DNA of 64,000 bases, taken from positions 96,001 to 160,000 of the forward strand of contig CAVTHS010000011.1 in the NCBI GenBank assembly GCA_963734535.1. Direction: 5' to 3'. The stretch is from an uncultured Chloroflexia bacterium. Its GTDB lineage: Bacteria; Chloroflexota; Limnocylindria; Limnocylindrales; CSP1-4. Both the position numbers and the translations under genes were made by a program. Positions 20,490 to 31,317 of the stretch are shown here, piece after piece. Positions within the stretch are counted from its first letter, which is position 1, and each line of letters opens with the position of its first letter. The notes under the pieces were generated by a model. The model was not told the DNA's origin, did not search any database, and worked only from the letters and a program-made list of their open reading frames with translations.

Positions 20490-21335
20490 GTGATCGAGCT
20501 CGGCGAGAACCGCTACGGCAAGCGGGCGATCCGGCTTGTCAAGGTCGTCCGCGATCCCGACGGCACCCAGGTGCGCGACCTCACCGTTGACATCGCGCTC
20601 GAGGGGGATTTCGCTGCCGCCCACACGGCGGGGGACAACGCGGCGGTCGTCGCAACGGACACGATGAAGAACACCGTGTATGCCCTGGCGGCGGACCAGC
20701 TGACCGGCGCGATCGAGCAGTTCGGCACGATCCTCGGGACGCACTTCATCGGCTTCCCGCAGGTCCGGCGCGCAACCGTCGACCTCCGCGAGCACCGCTG
20801 GAAGCCGATCGCGGGCACGGGTGTTTCCGCGTCGGGCGCATTCCGGCGTGTCGGCGACGCCACCCGCACGGCGCGCGTCTCGGCGACCCCGGACGCGACG
20901 GTCGTCGAGTCGGGACTCGAGGATCTCGTCGTCATGAAGACGGCCGGATCGGCATTCTTCGGCTTCGCCCGCGACCGCAACACGACCCTTCCCGAGCTGC
21001 GCGACCGGATCCTTGCGACGAACGTGACCGTCTGGTGGCGCCACAGCGGCCCGACCGCAGACTGGGACGCCAGCCACGCGGCACTCGCGACCACCCTGCT
21101 CGAGGTCTTCGCAGACCACGCGAGCGAGTCGGTCCAGCACTCGATCTGGGTGATGGCCCAGGCGATGCTCGAGCGCCATCAAGGGATCGACGAGGTCCGC
21201 ATGGCGCTACCGAACCTCCACCACCTGCCCATCGACCTGACGCCGTTCGGGGGGACGAACCGGGGCGAGATCTTCGTGGCGACCGCGCAGCCCCACGGCC
21301 TCATCGAGGCCACCGTCCGACGAACCGCGTCATGA
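20490..21335 (+). CDS. pucL: Urate oxidase (uricase)
   Basis: [28 protein letters not shown] and PHGLIEA motifs. Confidence 0.92.
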   Translation: MIELGENRYGKRAIRLVKVVRDPDGTQVRDLTVDIALEGDFAAAHTAGDNAAVVATDTMKNTVYALAADQLTGAIEQFGTILGTHFIGFPQVRRATVDLREHRWKPIAGTGVSASGAFRRVGDATRTARVSATPDATVVESGLEDLVVMKTAGSAFFGFARDRNTTLPELRDRILATNVTVWWRHSGPTADWDASHAALATTLLEVFADHASESVQHSIWVMAQAMLERHQGIDEVRMALPNLHHLPIDLTPFGGTNRGEIFVATAQPHGLIEATVRRTAS

Positions 21336-22903
21336 CCCGGATGGCCCCGGGCGTCGAGATCGTCGGGCCCGGCGTCGCGGGCGAGGAGCGCCTCCTGACG
21401 CCCCGGGCGGTTGCGTTCGTGGCCGACCTCGAGCGCCGGTTCCGCGCCGAGCGGCAGGCGTTGCTCGGGCGACGGGTGGACCGGCACGCGCAGATCGCCG
21501 CCGGCCGAATGCCCGCCTTCCTGCCGGAGACCGCGGACGTCCGGGCGGGCACGTGGCGGGTCGCGCCCGCGCCAGCGGACCTCGACGACCGGCGGGTGGA
21601 GATCACCGGCCCGGCCGAGCCGAAGATGATGATCAACGCCCTGAACTCCGGCGCACAGGTGTTCATGGCGGACTTCGAGGACGCGCTCAGCCCCACCTGG
21701 TCGAACATAGTCGCCGGCCAGCTGGCCGTGCAGGAGGCGGTCCGCGGCACGCTCACGTTCGAAACCCCCGACAGGGCCTACCGGCTGGGGAAACGGACGG
21801 CGACCCTCCTTGTCCGGCCGCGCGGCTGGCACCTGGAGGAGCGGCATCTCCTCGTCGACGGCCGACCCGTCTCGGCCAGCCTGTTCGACGCCGGGCTCTT
21901 CCTGTTCCACGACGCGGCCGAGACGCTGGCTCGCGGCTCCGGCCCGTACCTCTACCTCCCGAAGCTCGAGAGTCACCTCGAGGCCCGGCTCTGGAACGAC
22001 GTCCTTGTTCATGCCCAGGCGGCGGCGGGCATCCCGCGCGGCAGCGTTCGTGCCACGGTCCTGATCGAGACGATCCTCGCGGCGTTCGAGATGGACGAGA
22101 TCCTGTTCGAGCTCCGCGAGCACGCCGCCGGGTTGAACGCCGGTCGCTGGGACTACATCTTCAGCCTCATCAAGCGCTTCCGGGAGCTTCCTGCGTTCGT
22201 GTTGCCTGACCGAGGGCAGGTCACGATGGGCGTTCCGTTCATGCGCACGTACACACGCCTCCTCGTCGCCACGTGCCACCGCCGCGGCGCCCACGCGATC
22301 GGCGGGATGTCTGCCTTCATCCCGAACCGCCGCGAGCCCGAGGTGACCGCGAACGCGCTCGCCCGGGTCCGCGAGGACAAGGAGCGCGAGGCGCGCGACG
22401 GGTTCGACGGGACCTGGGTCGCCCACCCGGACCTGGTCCCCGTCGCCGCCGAGGTCTTCGGCCGGATGCTCGGCGACCGCCCGAACCAGAAGGAGGCGCC
22501 CGGTGTGAGCGACGTCAAGGCAGCCGCGCTCCTCGATGTGGGGGTGCCGGGCGGCCGCGTCACCGAGGCCGGCGTTCGCCAGAACGTCAACGTCACGATC
22601 CGCTACCTCGACGCGTGGCTGCAGGGAAACGGCGCGGCGGCGATCGACAACCTGATGGAGGACACGGCGACCGCGGAGATCTCGCGCTCCCAGCTGTGGC
22701 AGTGGCGCCGTCACGCGACGCCGCTCGCGGATGGCGCGGCATTCACCGCCGACCGCTATCGGCGGATCCGGGACGAGGAGCTCGAGAGGATCGTGCACCA
22801 GGGCGGGCGGTCCACCGAGGCAGCCACACTCCTCGACGACCTGGTGCTGGCGGACGAGTTCGTCGAGTTCCTGACCCTGGACGCGTACTCCCGGCTGGAC
22901 TGA
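21332..22903 (+). CDS. aceB: Malate synthase A
   Basis: [48 protein letters not shown]. Confidence 0.95.
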   Translation: MTRMAPGVEIVGPGVAGEERLLTPRAVAFVADLERRFRAERQALLGRRVDRHAQIAAGRMPAFLPETADVRAGTWRVAPAPADLDDRRVEITGPAEPKMMINALNSGAQVFMADFEDALSPTWSNIVAGQLAVQEAVRGTLTFETPDRAYRLGKRTATLLVRPRGWHLEERHLLVDGRPVSASLFDAGLFLFHDAAETLARGSGPYLYLPKLESHLEARLWNDVLVHAQAAAGIPRGSVRATVLIETILAAFEMDEILFELREHAAGLNAGRWDYIFSLIKRFRELPAFVLPDRGQVTMGVPFMRTYTRLLVATCHRRGAHAIGGMSAFIPNRREPEVTANALARVREDKEREARDGFDGTWVAHPDLVPVAAEVFGRMLGDRPNQKEAPGVSDVKAAALLDVGVPGGRVTEAGVRQNVNVTIRYLDAWLQGNGAAAIDNLMEDTATAEISRSQLWQWRRHATPLADGAAFTADRYRRIRDEELERIVHQGGRSTEAATLLDDLVLADEFVEFLTLDAYSRLD

Positions 22904-22984
22904 CCGGGCCGGCCCGGACGGCCCATCCGGGCCGCCGCCCGAGCGGCCGCAGCTGCAGCCGCCACGCCTGTGAGGCCCGCACCG

Positions 22985-24382
22985 TCAGGCGAGGCGCTGG
23001 ATCTCCCGTTCCACGAAGCGCCCGAAGCCGCGCCGGCCGACGAACGCGCCGTCGCGCACGACGAAGGACCCGCGGACGATCGTCGAGCGAACTGTCCCGT
23101 GCACCACACGGCCCTCGAATGGCGTGTAGTCGCTCGAGTGGTGGAGGTCGTCCGCGCGGATCGTGCGGCGCGACGATGGGTCGAACAGGACGATGTCTGC
23201 ATCGAGGCCCACCGCCAGCGCACCCTTCAACGCGAACCCGAACAGCCGTGCGGGCGTGGTGGAGAGCAGGTCGACCATGCGCTCCACGCTGATCCGACCG
23301 CTGGCCACGCCCGCGTCGTACACGACGCTGAGCAGCGTCTCGATCCCCGGCGCGCCGTTGGAAACCCGGTCGAACGATTCGCGCCAGCTCTGCTTCTCGA
23401 CCCCGACCCGGTCGGGCACATGGTCCGTGGCAACGACCGAGAGGTCGCCGTCGGCGAGACCGTCCCACAACGCGTCGGCATGGCCCGCCTGCCGGAGCGG
23501 CGGTGAGATCACGTAACGGGCCGCCTCCTCCGGATCACCGGCGTAGCGGTCGTCGGTGAGGGTGAGATAGACGGGGCACGTCTCGGCGAACACCGGGAGA
23601 CCCTCGGCGCGGGCCGTCCGCACCTGTGCCAGGGCGTCCGCCGACGAGAGATGGACGATGAACAGCGGCGCCCGGGCAGCGCGGGCGAGGGCGATCGCCC
23701 GGCCCGTCGCCTCGGCTTCGACGTACGGCGGCCGCGACGACGCGTGGTAGCGCGGACCGATCTCGCCGGCGGCCAGGTGGCGGGCGGTCAGGGTCTCGAG
23801 GATCGCCCGGTTCTCGCAGTGCACCTGCAGCATCCCGCCACGGCGACCCGCCGCCTCGAGCGCCCGGAGGATCCGCGCATCGTCAAGGCCGAAGTCGTAG
23901 ACCATGAATGCCTTGAAGGTCGGGACGCCGGCGTCGATCGCGGCGGCAATCTCCGCGGCCGGATCCTCGTGGGATGCCGTGACCACGAGGCTGGGCGCGA
24001 CATCGACGGCCGAATCGCTCGCCGTCGCGGCACGCCATTCGCGGAGACCGGTCATCAGTGAGCGGGCCGCTGCCAGGGACGACCCGGTGCCGGGGTTGTT
24101 GAAGGCGAGGAACGACGTGGTGCCACCGAAGGCCGCGGCGACCGAGTCGTCGAAGAATCGGTCGGGCCGCTCATCTGTCGCGACGCGGGTGTGGGTATGG
24201 ACGTCGACGACCCCTGGGAGGACGAGGAGGCCGCTCGCGTCGACGACCTGCCGGGCCGACGCCGCGAGACCTTCGAGGTCGGGTTCCACGGCGGCGATCC
24301 GGCCGCCCTCGACGGCGATGTCGGCGCGCGTCGAACCCTCCGTGGTGACGACGACGCCGCCCAGGACGAGGAGGTCCGTCAC
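22985..24382 (-). CDS. Cyclic amidohydrolase (dihydropyrimidinase/allantoinase family)
   Basis: DVHTH, FKAFMVY, VHCEN, ETCPVYL, SPPLR, ATDH, NGAPGIE. Confidence 0.88.
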   Translation of the reverse strand: MTDLLVLGGVVVTTEGSTRADIAVEGGRIAAVEPDLEGLAASARQVVDASGLLVLPGVVDVHTHTRVATDERPDRFFDDSVAAAFGGTTSFLAFNNPGTGSSLAAARSLMTGLREWRAATASDSAVDVAPSLVVTASHEDPAAEIAAAIDAGVPTFKAFMVYDFGLDDARILRALEAAGRRGGMLQVHCENRAILETLTARHLAAGEIGPRYHASSRPPYVEAEATGRAIALARAARAPLFIVHLSSADALAQVRTARAEGLPVFAETCPVYLTLTDDRYAGDPEEAARYVISPPLRQAGHADALWDGLADGDLSVVATDHVPDRVGVEKQSWRESFDRVSNGAPGIETLLSVVYDAGVASGRISVERMVDLLSTTPARLFGFALKGALAVGLDADIVLFDPSSRRTIRADDLHHSSDYTPFEGRVVHGTVRSTIVRGSFVVRDGAFVGRRGFGRFVEREIQRLA

Positions 24383-24807
24383 GGGTTACGTGGCCCGAGG
24401 ATCTCGATCTCCTGGGCGCCTTCCCACAGGCATCGTCGCCCGGCCTCGCGGAGGCGATCCGCCCAGCCCTCGTCGGGCTCGATCGTCGCGAAGTGGTTGG
24501 CCGCCAGCTGGCCGACCTTCGACGACGTGGTGCAGGCCCCGTAGGGGAGGAAGATCTCGCACTCGCTGATCCCGCCGGGATAGAGCGCGAGCTGGCCGGG
24601 GGCGGGGTGCGAGGTGTGGTGCTCCCAGCCGACATCGGGCCGGAGATCGCCGTACGGGATCCACGTCGACTCCCCGCTCCAGCGGCAGTGGATGAGCCGT
24701 GCGCGCAGGGGCAGGAGGAGGCGAATGACGGCGATCGTGCTCGGCGCCTCGGGTTCCCAGCCGGCGCTAAAGTGGAGGTCACCAACCCGGATCGACAGAT
24801 CGCTCAT
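24379..24807 (-). CDS. DUF3830 family protein
   Basis: IHCRWSGES, TSHPAPGQLALYPGGISECEI, SKVGQLAANHF, LWEGAQ. Confidence 0.85.
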   Translation of the reverse strand: MSDLSIRVGDLHFSAGWEPEAPSTIAVIRLLLPLRARLIHCRWSGESTWIPYGDLRPDVGWEHHTSHPAPGQLALYPGGISECEIFLPYGACTTSSKVGQLAANHFATIEPDEGWADRLREAGRRCLWEGAQEIEILGPRNP

Positions 24808-24823
24808 CGGCGGAGGATAGCGC

Positions 24824-25156
24824 GTGTCGCAGCACCGGCCGACGATCTCCACCCACGTCCTGGACACCGCGGCGGGCGCGCCACGCGCCGGTGTCGTCGT
24901 CCGGCTCCGGCGGCCGGCCGGGGACGGCAGCGCGCCGATCGTCGGGGAAGGCGTGACCGACGAGGATGGCCGGATCCGCGACCTCCTCGGCGGCGGCATG
25001 CTGGAGACCGGCACCTACCGGCTGGAGTTCGGGCTCGAACCTGCCGCGTTCCTCGTGGGCCTTGCGCTGGAGATCCGGGTGGACGACGCCGCACGCAGCC
25101 AGCACGTGCCGCTCCTGGTGGCGCCGTTCGGTGTCACGGCCTACCGCGGATCCTGA
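24824..25156 (+). CDS. uraH: 5-hydroxyisourate hydrolase
   Basis: ISTHVLDTAAG, TDEDGR, HVPLL, C-terminal YRGS. Confidence 0.92.
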   Translation: MSQHRPTISTHVLDTAAGAPRAGVVVRLRRPAGDGSAPIVGEGVTDEDGRIRDLLGGGMLETGTYRLEFGLEPAAFLVGLALEIRVDDAARSQHVPLLVAPFGVTAYRGS

Positions 25157-25161
25157 CGCGC

Positions 25162-25698
25162 GTGACGGAGCGCGTGCCCACCATCCCCGAGCTCGACGTG
25201 CTCGACGAGGACGCCTGTCGCGCGGCCCTGGCGCCGCTGTTCGAGGGTGCCCCCCAATTCCTCGCCCGGCTCTGCGCCGACCGGCCGTTCGTGGACGCGG
25301 CTCGCCTCTTCGCTCGGGCGCGCGAGATCGCCCGGGCGATGCCGGAGCCCGATCAGCTCGAGCTCATCGACGCCCATCCGCGCCTCGGGGCTCCCCGCGA
25401 AGCCGTCTCGTCGCTCTCGTTCATCGAGCAGGGCTACCACCGCGACGGCGAAGGGGCCGCCGTCGATGACACGGGCCCTTCCCTCGCGGAGGAGCTGGAG
25501 CGCCTGAACGCTCGGTACGAGGCGGTGTTCGGGTTCCGCTACTGCGTCTTCGTGGCTGGCCGCCCGCGCGCCGCGCTGGTGCCGGAGCTCCGGGCCGCCG
25601 TCCACGCCGGGCGCGATGCGGAGATCGCGCGGGCGCTCGAGGCGGTCGTCGCGATCGCCGCAGACCGCTATCGGAAGGTCGCCGCTCCCGCCGGCTGA
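25162..25698 (+). CDS. uraD: OHCU decarboxylase
   Basis: AHPRLG, S..EQ, LNARYEAVFGFRYCVFVAGR. Confidence 0.9.
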   Translation: MTERVPTIPELDVLDEDACRAALAPLFEGAPQFLARLCADRPFVDAARLFARAREIARAMPEPDQLELIDAHPRLGAPREAVSSLSFIEQGYHRDGEGAAVDDTGPSLAEELERLNARYEAVFGFRYCVFVAGRPRAALVPELRAAVHAGRDAEIARALEAVVAIAADRYRKVAAPAG

Positions 25699-25746
25699 TG
25701 GGTGCCGCGCGGCGGTCGCACGAGGTGTCCGCGTGCGCCCCGTCGA

Positions 25747-27150
25747 CTAGAAATCGGCGCTGGCGGGCGTGCGCGGGAACGGGATGACATCCCGGATGTT
25801 CGCCATCCCCGTGGCATACGCGACCGCCCGATCGAACCCCAGCCCGAAGCCGGCATGCGGCACGGTGCCGTACCGGCGCAGGTCGCGGTACCACCAGTAC
25901 GCCGCGGGATCAAGCCCCGTCTCGCGGATGCGTGCGTCGAGCACATCCAGGCGCTCCTCGCGCTGGCTTCCCCCGACGATCTCGCCGATCCCGGGGGCCA
26001 GCACGTCCATGGCCGCGACCGTGCGGCCGTCGTCGTTGCGGCGCATGTAGAACGCCTTGATCTCCTTCGGGTAGTTGACGACCACGACCGGGCGCTTCGC
26101 GAACTCCTCGCAGAGGTACCGCTCGTGCTCCGCCTGCAGGGCGACGCCCCACTCGACCGGGAACTCCCAGTCGCGGCCGGTCCGCTTGAGAACCTCGATC
26201 GCCTCCGTGTACTCCATGCGCGCAAAGCTCGACGTGACGAAGCCCTCCAGCCGGCTGACCGCTTCCTTGTCGATCCGGTCCGCGAAGAAGGCCATGTCGT
26301 CTGCGCGCTCGTCCAGGACCGCGCGGAAGCTGTAGCGAAGCAGGTCCTCGGCCAGGTCGGCGTTGTCGGAGATGTCGGCGAAGGCGATCTCCGGCTCGAC
26401 CATCCAGAACTCGGAGAGATGGCGGCTGGTGTTCGAGTTCTCGGCCCGGAACGTGGGCCCGAAGGTGTAGACGTTCGTGAGCGCCAGGCAGTAGGACTCG
26501 ATGTTGAGCTGGCCGGACACGGTCAGGAAGGCAGGCTTGCCGAAGAAGTCCTGGGAATAGTCGACCGCGCCCCCGGGCGTTCGCGGGAGGTTGGCGAGGT
26601 CGAGCGTCGAGACGCGGAACAGCTCTCCCGCCCCTTCGGCATCGCTGGCGGTCAGGATCGGCGTATGCACCCAGTAGAAGCCGTGCTCGTCGAAGTAGCG
26701 ATGGATCGCCATCGCGAGACAGTGCCGAACCCGGGCGACCGCCCCGAAGGTGTTCGTCCGCACCCGGAGGTGAGCGACCTCCCGGAGGTACTCGAAGGAG
26801 TGCCGCTTCGCCGAGATCGGGTACGTCTCCGGATCGTCCACCCACCCGACGACCACGACGGAGTCGGCGAGGAGCTCGACGGCCTGCCCCTGGCCCTGCG
26901 ACGCCGCGACCGTGCCCGTGATGGTGACGGCGCATCCGGCGGTCAGATGCTGGATCTCGTCGTGGTAGTTGCCGAGCGCCGCCGGGGCGACGACCTGGAG
27001 GGCGTCGAAGCAGGACCCGTCGTGAACATGCAGGAACGAGAGCCCCGCCTTCGAGTCGCGACGGGTCCGGATCCAGCCCTGGACGGTCGCGCGAGCGCCG
27101 ACCGCGGTCCGGCCCGCGAGGATGTCGACGACTCGTTCTGCCTTTGGCAT
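25747..27150 (-). CDS. asnS: Asparagine--tRNA ligase
   Basis: [47 protein letters not shown]. Confidence 0.96.
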   Translation of the reverse strand: MPKAERVVDILAGRTAVGARATVQGWIRTRRDSKAGLSFLHVHDGSCFDALQVVAPAALGNYHDEIQHLTAGCAVTITGTVAASQGQGQAVELLADSVVVVGWVDDPETYPISAKRHSFEYLREVAHLRVRTNTFGAVARVRHCLAMAIHRYFDEHGFYWVHTPILTASDAEGAGELFRVSTLDLANLPRTPGGAVDYSQDFFGKPAFLTVSGQLNIESYCLALTNVYTFGPTFRAENSNTSRHLSEFWMVEPEIAFADISDNADLAEDLLRYSFRAVLDERADDMAFFADRIDKEAVSRLEGFVTSSFARMEYTEAIEVLKRTGRDWEFPVEWGVALQAEHERYLCEEFAKRPVVVVNYPKEIKAFYMRRNDDGRTVAAMDVLAPGIGEIVGGSQREERLDVLDARIRETGLDPAAYWWYRDLRRYGTVPHAGFGLGFDRAVAYATGMANIRDVIPFPRTPASADF

Positions 27151-27331
27151 GCGGTTCTCCTTGCGGCCTCGAGGAGCACGCCGTGTCCGGCCGTGGTCCA
27201 TGGAGACACGTGGTGATGCCGTGACTCGCTCAGGATGAACCTTACCGAACGCGCCGTGCTGACACTCGAGGGCCGTGGGGATCGGCCGCGGCGCGAGGCC
27301 TCGATCGGTCGTCCAGGTCGGTCGGGGCGGC

Positions 27332-27387
27332 TTCTTGACCGATCCAGACGGGTCGGGTATGCTGGCCCCGTTCTTGATCGATCCAGA
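27332..27387 (+). promoter_or_regulatory. Sigma70-type promoter with two near-palindromic operator copies
   Basis: TTGACC (27335) - 17 bp - TATGCT (27358); TTCTTGAYCGATCCAGA at 27332-27348 and 27371-27387. Confidence 0.7.
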
Positions 27388-27425
27388 ATCATCCGCACGA
27401 GGTCGAGCGGGAACGGGAGTCACCG

Positions 27426-27674
27426 GTGAACCTTCTCACGATGCCATCCAACGAGGATCTCGCACGCGAGCGAATCGAGATGGCCTGGCGCGAATACGAC
27501 GTCTGCCACGCCTGCGGTCAGCCGATGTCGATCGAGGTCGTCGGCGGCAGCCTGTGGATCGAGTGCGCCTCGCTGCGTTCTCTCCAGGGGGTCCGGCGTC
27601 GCCTCTCGGCCCGCTTCCATGACCGTCACGAGATCGCGCTGCCGGATGACGAGATGATCCCGGCTGCAGCCTAG
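27426..27674 (+). CDS. Small hypothetical protein, possible zinc-binding
   Basis: CHAC...C...H spacing; follows the promoter above. Confidence 0.6.
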   Translation: MNLLTMPSNEDLARERIEMAWREYDVCHACGQPMSIEVVGGSLWIECASLRSLQGVRRRLSARFHDRHEIALPDDEMIPAAA

Positions 27675-27749
27675 GCCTGAGCACGTTCGCCAGCGACGGC
27701 CTCGGCCGGCCGCGGCGCGCCGGACGCCCGGATGGGACCGGCCGTGTGC

Positions 27750-28688
27750 TCACCTCGGCATCTCGAAGGCGACGCCGCGCAGCGCCCACACGTAGCTGGC
27801 GCACCCGATGAGCGAGGTCCCCGCGGCGATCGCAAGGGCCGCCACGAACGTCCTCGGCGCGACCGTGTTCGTTGCCATCAAATCGGCAAGCGGCATCGGA
27901 TCCACGCCGATGACGACGATCCCGGCCGTGCCCAGGACGACCGCGGCGACCCCCGCGACGGCCACGATCCGCATCGGCGGACCCCCGAGGCCGTGGCCCC
28001 ACGTTCGGCGGGGCATCCACCCCTGGCCCCAGGCGAGGATGGCCGTCACGAATGAGGCCCAGGCGAGCGAGATGAAGATCGCACCCTCTACGTCGGCCAG
28101 GCGATGCCAGCCCGCGATCATCGTGCTGACGCCCACGGTCGCGATCAGGGCCGCGCCGAGGACGGCGACGACCGTGCGAACGCGCCGCGGCGCCACGAGA
28201 ACGGAAGCCAGGGCGAGCGACGACACGATCGCGACGTGTCCGCTGGGGAAGCTGTTACCCGTGGCATAGGCGGCTCCCGCGAGGAGGTCCGGCCGCTCGA
28301 GGACCTGCTTCAGGCCCTGGGCGCTGAGGTTCGCCCCGGCGAGGACCACCAACACGGCTGCGCCGAGCCCGAAGCCGCCCCGCGCGATGGCCAGGCTGAT
28401 GAGCCCGGCCGCAGCCGTCGCGACGAGCGCCATGCTGACGGTCGTCAGGGCCTCGGTTGCCGCACCGAGGACGGCCGGGTCGGACGCCACGCGCCCGTAG
28501 AGGATCATGTCCGCGACCTGCTGGCCGATGACCGACTGGGTCGTGGCCAGCCAGACGGCGGCGACGAGGGAGGTCGAGAGGATCCCGACCACTGCGAGCC
28601 GGCGGCTGCTTCCCCGCGGCGTGACGACGGGCGTCCGTGTTCCGGAGAGCTCTGCGCGGTCGAGCCGCATCGCGTTCCGGCGTGTCAT
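27750..28688 (-). CDS. PAP2-family membrane phosphatase
   Basis: K...ERP, SFPSGH and GWHRLADV motifs; multiple TM segments. Confidence 0.85.
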   Translation of the reverse strand: MTRRNAMRLDRAELSGTRTPVVTPRGSSRRLAVVGILSTSLVAAVWLATTQSVIGQQVADMILYGRVASDPAVLGAATEALTTVSMALVATAAAGLISLAIARGGFGLGAAVLVVLAGANLSAQGLKQVLERPDLLAGAAYATGNSFPSGHVAIVSSLALASVLVAPRRVRTVVAVLGAALIATVGVSTMIAGWHRLADVEGAIFISLAWASFVTAILAWGQGWMPRRTWGHGLGGPPMRIVAVAGVAAVVLGTAGIVVIGVDPMPLADLMATNTVAPRTFVAALAIAAGTSLIGCASYVWALRGVAFEMPR

Positions 28689-28798
28689 CGTGCGCCGGGC
28701 ACCCGCGGCGGCATCCACCGAATCCGCCCAAAAGCTTCGGTCGCCATCACCTGCAGCCTAGCCCGATCCGGTGCGGGCAGCCAGTCGGCATCGGCGGT

Positions 28799-31127
28799 CT
28801 ACTCGCCCTCGCCCGCCTTCTTCCCCTGCTTCGGCGAATAGTGCTCATAGACGTGCCTGGTCATGGCGTTCGCGCCGGCGAAGATGACCCGGATCTGCTC
28901 GGCCATCGCGGGCCAGCTGCCGGCCCACGTCTCGGGACTGCGGAGAATCTGGAGCGATTCGGTGCCGAGGGCGGCGACGAGGTCCGGGTGGCCGCCCATC
29001 TGCGGCGCCCGGGTATCGGCAACCTGGCTGCTGAGGCTTTCGAGGTCGCGCAGCCAGTACTTGGTGTACGAGGTGAGCTTCTGCTCGATCATCGCCTTCG
29101 TGGTCGGGTCGGTCGTCTCGCCGAGCAGCTTCGTGTCGGCGACGAAGTCCTTCGCCCCGAGCGACGCGGCATCCTGGCAGGTGCCGACATACGACCACGC
29201 GGCATTGTGGACATTCTGATCGTTGGCCCACTCGATCATCGCGGCCGCGCCGCGGAGGCCCTCGATCTCTGCGGCAACGATGATCTCGATGCCACCGACC
29301 ATCGCCGCGCCGCCCGCACCTGTCGCCAGGCCAGCTGCAAGTCCGCCGAGCGTGCTGGCCGCCTCGCCTGCAGCCTCCGCGATCTTGCCCTGCGAGATCA
29401 GGTCGACGATCCGGACCACGCTGATCACCACGGTGATCACGGTGGCGACCTTGCCGATCGTCTTCAGGGCGTCGGCGTACTTCGTCATCGACTTGGCGAC
29501 CGTGCCCCACTCCTCGGCCGCCTTCTCGAGCCCGAGCAAAGCCAGCCGCTTCTCCTGGGCTTCGGCGAACCGCTTGATGATCTCGGTCGACAAGGAGAGG
29601 ATTGCCCGGGCCATGCCGCTCGCCTTGTCCGCGATCTCGGCGATCGTGACGGCCTTGCCGAGCCGGCTTTGTTCCTTGTACTTCTCCAGCTTCTCCGCGA
29701 TCTCGCCGGGCGCCTTGACCAGCTCGAAGATCTCGTGCCCGGTCTGCTCGAACTCCTCCTGGCTCAGGACTGCCGAGATCGCGTCCTCCTGGGCGAGCGT
29801 GAAGCCCTTGGCCGCGAGCTTCTCGGCCTCGTTGAGCTCCCTGGCCGCCTCCTTGAAGGCTTCGACCTGGCGAACCTGGTCGGGCGCCTCGAGCTTCGTC
29901 TCCTTGACTGCGACGCCGTGCGCCTCCGAGTAGACGCCGCCGGTGAAGAGGGTCCGGCCGATGCCATTCAACTTGCCCTGCAGCTCGGCGATGTCGTCCG
30001 TGAAGTGGAGGGTGGAGCGGTCATCCTGGTCGACGAGGAACTTCGACATCCGCCGGAGCGCGAGGCGCAGGTCGCCCTGGGTCGCCGTCCAGAGCGCCAG
30101 CGCGTCCGACGCCGACCCTGTTGAGTCGGTCCGCGTCAGGATGAACGCGGTGCGCATCTTCTCGAGCATCTCGCGGTGCTGTGGCGTGAGGTGCTGCCCG
30201 AACTGGACGCCGCCCAGGTCGGCACGCTGCTTCTGGTTCGTCTCGGCGAGGTTCAGGGGGACGACCGCGTCCGTCTTGTCCACGCTCTGCTGCTCGAGGA
30301 CGTAGAGAAGGCGGTTGATCCCGTTCAGGAGGTCGACGTAGTCGTCGGGCGTCTCCACCTGCGACGCGCCCCGGCGCGGCGCGTGGACGTGCATCTCGCC
30401 GATGGCCGACAGGTTGTTGGTGACGGTGGCCAGGAAGTCGGCCGAGACGCCGAGCTTCCTGGCGTGATCGACTGCCTCGCGCATCCGCCGGTCGAGCGAG
30501 GGCCATGCGGCGATCGCCGCGCGCCGCGACTCCGCCGACCTCTCCTGGGCCTGGATCAGCGCCGCCTGGATCCGGTCGAGCAGGTTGCGGTGGACGGGGC
30601 TAAGGTCGGGGCCGAAATGCACGCTATCGAGGCGTCGGCCGCCATCATTCACCGCGGCGCCGGCCAGGTCCTCGAAGCCGTTCAGCAGGTCGACGATGTC
30701 GTTGCGATCCTTCGCCTGGGTCTGCTGATGGCCCGCAGCGGCGGGCGCCCGCTGGACGCTGGCCGCCGGGGAGCTCGACCGTCTGCCGCGCGAGTCCCGG
30801 GCGACGGCGCGGCCCGGCCCGCCCGCCTGGGCCTGCGACCCGTCCTGACCCAGGGACCCGGCGGCCTGAGGCTCGAGGGGCGTGGCCGCTGCTTCGCGGC
30901 CGGCCGAACGCGCTTCCAGCATCGCGGCCGCGACCGCCCGATTGCCGGCGTCGCGCTGGAGGGCGAGCACATCGGTCTCGGATAGTCCGGCGGCATCAAC
31001 CGATCCGCTCGCCCCGACCGCGCGTCCGTTCAGCAGGGCACGCGGGTCGGCGACCCGCGGCCGCGGCCGTCCGGCGCCGACGGCGGGATGGGCGCGCCGC
31101 GGCTGGGACCGCGCCCGCTCAGGCATG
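28799..31127 (-). CDS. Large helical hypothetical protein with LQRxAGNxAV/VQR leader (eCIS-cargo-like); start uncertain
   Basis: LALQRDAGNRAV and SVQRAP; internal duplication; hydrophobic helices near the C-terminus. Confidence 0.7.
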
Positions 31128-31317
31128 CACGGGTCGCGGCTTCCTGGTCCCCATCGCGGGATCCTCCACCCTTCGCCCGCCACGGGGCAGATCGTCGCGG
31201 GCCGCCGTTCGGGCAGGCTTGTGTGCGCGTTCGGGCACGAGCGTTCCGGCCGGCGCGCCCGGGAGGCGCTCCGCTGCGCGTCTCAGCTGTCCCTCCGGGC
31301 AGAGGGAGGTCCGGAGC

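Noticed and set aside
27151-27330. T-box or riboswitch upstream of asnS
   Set aside because: No T-box consensus or terminator/antiterminator pair recognised.
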